Part shown: piece after piece, positions 35,623 to 40,022 of the stretch
How the letters are laid out: each line of letters begins with the position of its first letter
Numbering within the stretch: position 1 is the first letter of the stretch
DNA from: a virus
Taxonomy: Duplodnaviria > Caudoviricetes
Length of the DNA: 40,022 nucleotides
Reading direction: 5' to 3' (one strand)
Virus record (IMG/VR): IMGVR_UViG_3300027769_000060
Location: 1-40,022 of that record
The notes under the pieces: generated by a model
The model's input: only the letters and a program-made list of their open reading frames with translations
What the model was told of the DNA's origin: nothing
The model's database searches: none
Translations under genes and position numbers: made by a program

Positions 35623-36056
35623 GCGGCGGCACTTTGCGCGCATGTTTCAATGAACTTATCATAGTCCATGGGCGGCAGTTCACTGACCCGTGACACGTCA
35701 AACGATTTCAAAAGGTCAATCGCTGCTGTCATGCCTTTAGCTTCCGTAAACCGACGCAAAGCATTCCGCGCATCTTCCAACGTCGATACGCTCATATCCA
35801 ATTTGTCTTCGTCTTTAGGATCGTGCAGCGGTTCAAACTTTTCCGGCGCTGGTGTTTCAGCTTTTGGTTTGCGTCCGCGCTTCTTTGCTTGATCAGCGGA
35901 GGAAGCAGCATCGGAGCCAACAGACGCCACTTCCTCCACATCAACGACACCGGGGGAGAGGCTAGTAACGCCCACAGTGTCGGATTCACCCACGGCAAGA
36001 TAACGCAAAACCTGTTCAACTTCGCGCGGGTTAGTCGGATCAAAAGTTATTTGCAC
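35619..36056 (-). CDS. Hypothetical replication-module protein
   Basis: GTG start with GGAG RBS; C-terminal LLKSFDVSRVSEL..Y domain often seen upstream of DUF2800 genes. Confidence 0.75.
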   Translation of the reverse strand: MQITFDPTNPREVEQVLRYLAVGESDTVGVTSLSPGVVDVEEVASVGSDAASSADQAKKRGRKPKAETPAPEKFEPLHDPKDEDKLDMSVSTLEDARNALRRFTEAKGMTAAIDLLKSFDVSRVSELPPMDYDKFIETCAQSAAA

Positions 36057-36092
36057 GTTTAATTCTCCATGATTTGCTGTGATAATATACCA

Positions 36093-36111
36093 TGTTGTGA
36101 TTAACGCAACG
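36093..36111 (-). promoter_or_regulatory. 19-bp motif copy CGTTGCGTTAATCACAACA overlapping a putative promoter
   Basis: TTGCGT-N16-TATTAT on the - strand; intergenic. Confidence 0.6.
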
Positions 36112-36113
36112 CA

Positions 36114-37490
36114 CTAATCAACAATTTTTGTGATTTCGCGTGTTTTTTGTATCAATACATTTGCAATCTGTTCATCCACAGAATTTGCGCATGTAAAGAA
36201 ACGAACGCGAACCGCCTTCTCTTGTCCAATACGGTGACAGCGCATTGACGCTTGCGCGTTGTTTGCCGGGACCCAATCGGATTCGAGAAACACCACTTCA
36301 TTTGCGGCGGTTAATGTTATCCCCGCCCCTGCCGCTACAATCTGACCAATAAAAACTTTGGTCTTAGGGTCATTCTGGAAACTCTCAATATTCATGTGCC
36401 GCTTCAATGTCGGCGTTGCGCCATAAAGTGTGACAGGTTTGAACTTTCGCAATCTCTGCCGCGTTAATTCAATGATCTGTTGATGCATGGCAAAGATAAC
36501 GACTTTCTTTAATTTGCCTGTCGCTAACTCTTCTTCGATTATGTCCAACGCTTTGGGAAGTTTGGCGTGGCCAATATAACGCCGCATAGTCGAACTGGCG
36601 GCTTTGAAACCGTCTAAAACGTTCAAACTATCATCAAAGCGCGCATGCGAATGGTTCAACACAGACGCCAATGCGGTCTTTAAACTACTATCCATGTTCT
36701 TAATGTTTGATAGAAACGTATCTTGCCCATTGGCATTGTGAATATTTTCCAAAAACCACGGGTCTAAATCCACAGGGGAGCGATCAACCACGATGTTTTG
36801 AAAATATATCGGGGGCAACTGTTGTAAAACGTCTTCTTTCTTGCGTCTCAACATGACTGGCCGAAGCATGCTTTTTAATTCCTCTGTATTTTTATGGCCT
36901 GTAATTTTGTATCCATAAGTCGAGTCAAAACCCTTGCAGTATCGAAAAGTAAAATCCCAATATGATTCTTGAACAACGCCCATGCTTTTAAGATGGGTCC
37001 AAAGTTCATCGGCGTAATTCATTATTGGCGTTCCTGTCAGCCGCCACACAAATCCCGCTTTATCCATCAGCCCAGGGCGCGTCTTCCCTGCCCCGTAAAC
37101 AAACTTCGTTCGCTTGGCTGTCCGCTCTTTCAAATAATGCGCTTCGTCCAGGCACAAAACGTCCCATGACATCGCGTTCAGTTTCTTGCGCAGGCTTTCA
37201 TTCGTTAGCAAATCGTAAGAAATGACATTGAACCCTGGCTTTGGGTCTGTTGTCCCCGTCTCGATATTGGTGACGTTCCAAGCCCGCTTCGAAAACAATT
37301 CGAGTTGCGCGATCCAGTTGCGCCGTAGAACCGCTGGTCCAACAACCAAGACATTCTGAGCGTCGATCAAATCAAGAGCGCGAATAACTTGGGCGCTCTT
37401 TCCAAGGCCCATTTCATCCGCCAACAGCGCGTGGCGTTTGGTCGTTAGCCACGCCGCGCCTGTCTCCTGATATGGAAACAAATCACTCAT
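36114..37490 (-). CDS. SNF2-like SF2 helicase
   Basis: LADEMGLGKS, DEAH, LTGTP, GITLT, QASMRCHRIGQ. Confidence 0.93.
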   Translation of the reverse strand: MSDLFPYQETGAAWLTTKRHALLADEMGLGKSAQVIRALDLIDAQNVLVVGPAVLRRNWIAQLELFSKRAWNVTNIETGTTDPKPGFNVISYDLLTNESLRKKLNAMSWDVLCLDEAHYLKERTAKRTKFVYGAGKTRPGLMDKAGFVWRLTGTPIMNYADELWTHLKSMGVVQESYWDFTFRYCKGFDSTYGYKITGHKNTEELKSMLRPVMLRRKKEDVLQQLPPIYFQNIVVDRSPVDLDPWFLENIHNANGQDTFLSNIKNMDSSLKTALASVLNHSHARFDDSLNVLDGFKAASSTMRRYIGHAKLPKALDIIEEELATGKLKKVVIFAMHQQIIELTRQRLRKFKPVTLYGATPTLKRHMNIESFQNDPKTKVFIGQIVAAGAGITLTAANEVVFLESDWVPANNAQASMRCHRIGQEKAVRVRFFTCANSVDEQIANVLIQKTREITKIVD

Positions 37491-37656
37491 TAATCGGTTT
37501 TTCAGTTCTGGTTAGAACGCATTTTGTGACTAACGATTTATCGAGTTTTCGTAACTCAACCTTGGCTTTCTCACATGCTTGAAAGTCATAGAACGATACG
37601 AACGTCGCCCCGCCAATGTGAATGACGAACAAAACGACTGGCGCGATGGGGATCAT
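37483..37656 (-). CDS. Small protein with hydrophobic N-terminus and two Cys (57 aa; not in ORF track)
   Basis: MIPIAPVVLFVIHIGGATFVSFYDFQACEKAK...KCVLTRTEKPINE*; ATGA-coupled upstream. Confidence 0.6.
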   Translation of the reverse strand: MIPIAPVVLFVIHIGGATFVSFYDFQACEKAKVELRKLDKSLVTKCVLTRTEKPINE

Positions 37657-37868
37657 TTGTCACCATTCGGTAGAATGATTTTCTTTTTCGGCTCTCTAAA
37701 TTCGTGGATTGCTATTCCTTGCGCCAACACCGCGGCGTCCAAAGCGTCTTTAATTGCTTCCAAAGGATCTGGCTCAACCATTGGTCCAGGGCGCGTATTG
37801 GATTCAAGATAGTGGTTCATGTGCGCACGAAACGCGGCTTCAATAGCCTCTTCAGTCCAGTCGATCAT
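37653..37868 (-). CDS. Hypothetical protein
   Basis: Start at ATG 37868 (MIDWTEEA), GGAG RBS, ATGA overlap. Confidence 0.7.
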   Translation of the reverse strand: MIDWTEEAIEAAFRAHMNHYLESNTRPGPMVEPDPLEAIKDALDAAVLAQGIAIHEFREPKKKIILPNGDK

Positions 37869-38059
37869 TTCTTCTCCAAACATTTTAGACGTGGAAGGGA
37901 TAGCGGGATATGACGAACGCCCCCGCCTAATTCTCTGCTACGTGACGGCGCGTTTGCGGGTATCCACTTCGTCGTCACTTGAATTTCGTATCCATACAAA
38001 CCGGGGATCACGATTGTTCGCGTCGTCTGCGGTTTCTTTTCAAAGTTTACTTCGCTCAT
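37865..38059 (-). CDS. Hypothetical protein
   Basis: Start at ATG 38059 (MSEVNF), coupled to the upstream stop. Confidence 0.6.
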   Translation of the reverse strand: MSEVNFEKKPQTTRTIVIPGLYGYEIQVTTKWIPANAPSRSRELGGGVRHIPLSLPRLKCLEKK

Positions 38060-38169
38060 TGGCATGGCCTCGACGTGTTATCGCGGGCCAAGCACTCCAA
38101 GTATTTCATGTTGGCGCTGCAAGCCGTTAGCAATAACGCAACAATCAAGACGCAAATCGGGCGTAGCAT
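38056..38169 (-). CDS. Small lipoprotein (37 aa; not in ORF track)
   Basis: MLRPICVLIVALLLTAC-SANMKYLECLARDNTSRPCQ*; lipobox LTAC; AAGGAGG RBS. Confidence 0.75.
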   Translation of the reverse strand: MLRPICVLIVALLLTACSANMKYLECLARDNTSRPCQ

Positions 38170-38187
38170 ATTTAACCTCCTTATCTT

Positions 38188-38445
38188 TTAGTTATATGGC
38201 GTTAGGTATGCGTCACCCGATTTGCCGTCTAATGTTTGATAATGATACGGCTGTTGAACGGGCGCATAAGTCTCAGGAATATAAGTCGATGGCGGCGGAC
38301 TAATTGAACGCCCAAACGCTGAATATTGATCAACCCTATGCTGATAATCAGCCATCGTTTGCTCTAGGCTTTCAGCGCTGGCAATCGTCGATGCTGCGGG
38401 TAAAATTACACAAATTGATGCGATGATGAACGTAAAGTTTTTCAT
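38188..38445 (-). CDS. Small exported protein with signal peptide
   Basis: MKNFTFIIASICVILPAASTIASA-ES (AxA cleavage); GGAG RBS. Confidence 0.7.
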   Translation of the reverse strand: MKNFTFIIASICVILPAASTIASAESLEQTMADYQHRVDQYSAFGRSISPPPSTYIPETYAPVQQPYHYQTLDGKSGDAYLTPYN

Positions 38446-38478
38446 ATGTTTGGCTCCATATTTTAAATTTATTGGGGC

Positions 38479-38817
38479 TTAACGCTTAACGCCTTTCAAT
38501 CTATCAGCCACCAATGTTGCATATCCGGCTATATCCCGCCAGGAATCTTCATTATTTGTGTTGCCATTCAAGATGCGGGCAATCTTAGACGCAATCATTT
38601 CAAGCGCTTCTTTTTGATCATCCTGCATGTGGTGCCACCTGATTTTCCCATAAACGCGGAACGTTGATTTGAGGCTTTGAGATATACAAGCCACGTCTTC
38701 AAACCCTCCATACTCATTATGACGCTCTAATAGGATCGTCGTAATGTCTCGGACTGTGTGTTGTTTAACTGTCGTTAGCTGCGGCTTTGGCGGCGGCAAT
38801 CCGTCTTTAGTTCCCAT
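38479..38817 (-). CDS. DUF6378-like all-helical nucleotide-metabolism-associated protein
   Basis: LLERHNEYGGF, KIARILNG, DSWRDIAGYATL. Confidence 0.8.
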   Translation of the reverse strand: MGTKDGLPPPKPQLTTVKQHTVRDITTILLERHNEYGGFEDVACISQSLKSTFRVYGKIRWHHMQDDQKEALEMIASKIARILNGNTNNEDSWRDIAGYATLVADRLKGVKR

Positions 38818-39355
38818 TCCGTCCCCCGGCGGTTGGTGTCGTAATCATGTTCAAACCGTAAAGGGCGATTAATGTCGCTTCCGCAACGCCATCATCTTTC
38901 ACGCGGCTGAATAGTTTTGCGTGTTGAGGGAATAAAGTCGCCGCGATCTTTCGAGCCTGCGTCTTTGTCTCGGCTTTGGTTTGATCCTCCGCCCGTTTAA
39001 TCCCATAAACAGCTTTCCAACTTGCAGGGGAAACCTTGTGCAAGGATACGTTCAAGGCATGCAGAATGCCGTGAACAATCCCTGTGTTTACCCCAAACTG
39101 AAACTGCCCCTGTTGGCGGGGTCTGCTACTTACATTCTCTACAAATGCATGAGTGCTGGATGTTAAGTCCAATATCGCCGCCAAGTTTGGGCCATCAATC
39201 TGTAAAGACTTCTTTCCATTCTTTGTGACTATATGCGTTGGAAACGACCCTGCCGAAAACAGATTGCCCTTCGCGTCAACGACAGCCCATCCGCCCGACA
39301 AGCCAGGATCGACGCCCAAAACGCGCATAGGGGTCGAAGGCGTTAACGCAACCAT
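38807..39355 (-). CDS. RuvC-like Holliday junction resolvase
   Basis: VLGVDPGLSGG, FVENV, FQFG, PASWK, DGVAEATLIA. Confidence 0.88.
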   Translation of the reverse strand: MVALTPSTPMRVLGVDPGLSGGWAVVDAKGNLFSAGSFPTHIVTKNGKKSLQIDGPNLAAILDLTSSTHAFVENVSSRPRQQGQFQFGVNTGIVHGILHALNVSLHKVSPASWKAVYGIKRAEDQTKAETKTQARKIAATLFPQHAKLFSRVKDDGVAEATLIALYGLNMITTPTAGGRNGN

Positions 39356-39762
39356 TAAAGGATTGCCGCAAGTGCGAGGGCTGTCTCTTCAGCAATGCTT
39401 ATGTCTTGGCGTAAAGTTGCCAGTTGAATGGCCTTTTGCGCCGCCTGTTCTTTGGCCTTCTCTCCAGCCTCTTTAACAAGGGCGAGTTGGGCTGCGTCAT
39501 AGGTGATTCGTTTTGGTTCCCAATCTTGCGCCGTTAAGACGACCCCCTCGGTTCGGGCAATGTCTTTGATGCGGTCGATTTGCGCAGTTGGGATAAGCCC
39601 GTCGCTCCCATAAGGTCGAGCGTAAGACCATCTATAAACACTGATCCTGTTACATCCAATCAGTCGCGCAAGATTTCTTTCTCCGCCAAAACGGGTCACA
39701 ATTTTGCGCGCTTGATCATAGGTCGGGCATCCAAATTGCCCTGTATTTCTTGGTCGCGTCAT
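39355..39762 (-). CDS. Cro-like HTH regulator
   Basis: FGGERNLARLIGCNRISVYRW..GLIP; first gene of the leftward operon, divergent from the repressor. Confidence 0.75.
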   Translation of the reverse strand: MTRPRNTGQFGCPTYDQARKIVTRFGGERNLARLIGCNRISVYRWSYARPYGSDGLIPTAQIDRIKDIARTEGVVLTAQDWEPKRITYDAAQLALVKEAGEKAKEQAAQKAIQLATLRQDISIAEETALALAAIL

Positions 39763-39814
39763 TGGTCTGTGAACCTTCGATCTTCGGGAGGAATCATAGT
39801 TAATATTCGAAGCA

Positions 39815-39833
39815 TGTTACAGTTTTTGCAACA
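39815..39833 (-). promoter_or_regulatory. 19-bp motif copy TGTTGCAAAAACTGTAACA upstream of cro-like gene
   Basis: Near-perfect inverted half-sites with 7-bp spacer; overlaps TTGCTC-N16-TAACAT. Confidence 0.6.
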
Positions 39834-39891
39834 AAGAGCAAGTAGAAATACTTATACTTTTTGTGGAAAATTAACTTGATTAACCGCTTTG

Positions 39892-40022
39892 GTATATAAA
39901 AGGTTAATTTCTGTTCACGCGCGTTAATTTCTGTTAGGTTAAACCTAGCGAGATGTGTTACTGTAACATTGTCGATTGATGGCGGGGGTCTTGCTTTTCG
40001 ATAGCAGCCCCCCCCCCCACCA
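39892..40022. repeat. Terminal direct repeat, copy 2
   Basis: Matches 1-130 with one extra C. Confidence 0.95.

Noticed and set aside
38479-38817. Modified-base (e.g. Z-genome) pathway
   Set aside because: Only a DUF6378-like gene; no PurZ or other base-modification enzymes present
39871-39884. CtrA box (TTAA-N7-TTAA) or alphaproteobacterial LexA box (GTTC-N7-GTTC) in the switch region
   Set aside because: Spacing here is TTAA-N5-TTAA, and no GTTC-N7-GTTC was seen by eye

Overview
This window is an apparently complete, circularly assembled temperate podovirus genome of about 39,891 bp. Positions 1-130 recur at 39892-40022, differing only by C10 versus C11. The + strand carries a BPP-1/T7-like virion module: TerS, TerL, portal, scaffold, major capsid, tail tubular A and B, three ejection proteins, a two-part tail fibre and a Gram-negative lysis cassette (M15 endolysin, holin-like proteins, i/o-spanins). 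The - strand carries an APSE-like replication module: RuvC-like resolvase, SNF2 helicase, DUF2800-like nuclease, DUF2815-like SSB, PolA and primase-helicase. It continues through an excisionase-like HTH, an N6-adenine methyltransferase, an attP matching the 3' half of tRNA-Thr(UGU) and a tyrosine integrase. No RNA polymerase, reverse transcriptase/DGR or CRISPR array was found. The host is Gram-negative, plausibly an alphaproteobacterium (inference only). The most unusual signals are non-coding or regulatory: (i) a transcription-oriented 19-bp pseudo-palindrome (YGTTGCGWTAATNSTAACR) at 7 or more sites genome-wide, including in front of late genes; (ii) a CI-like repressor that seems to lack its self-cleavage residues and has a length-variable poly-C tract in its leader; (iii) a branched RNA structure that sequesters the capsid Shine-Dalgarno; (iv) an iterated AT-rich origin candidate; (v) a G-tract/A-tract element between terS and terL. 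A zincin-like domain also sits inside the largest ejection protein. All product calls come from manual motif recognition and synteny, not from database searches.
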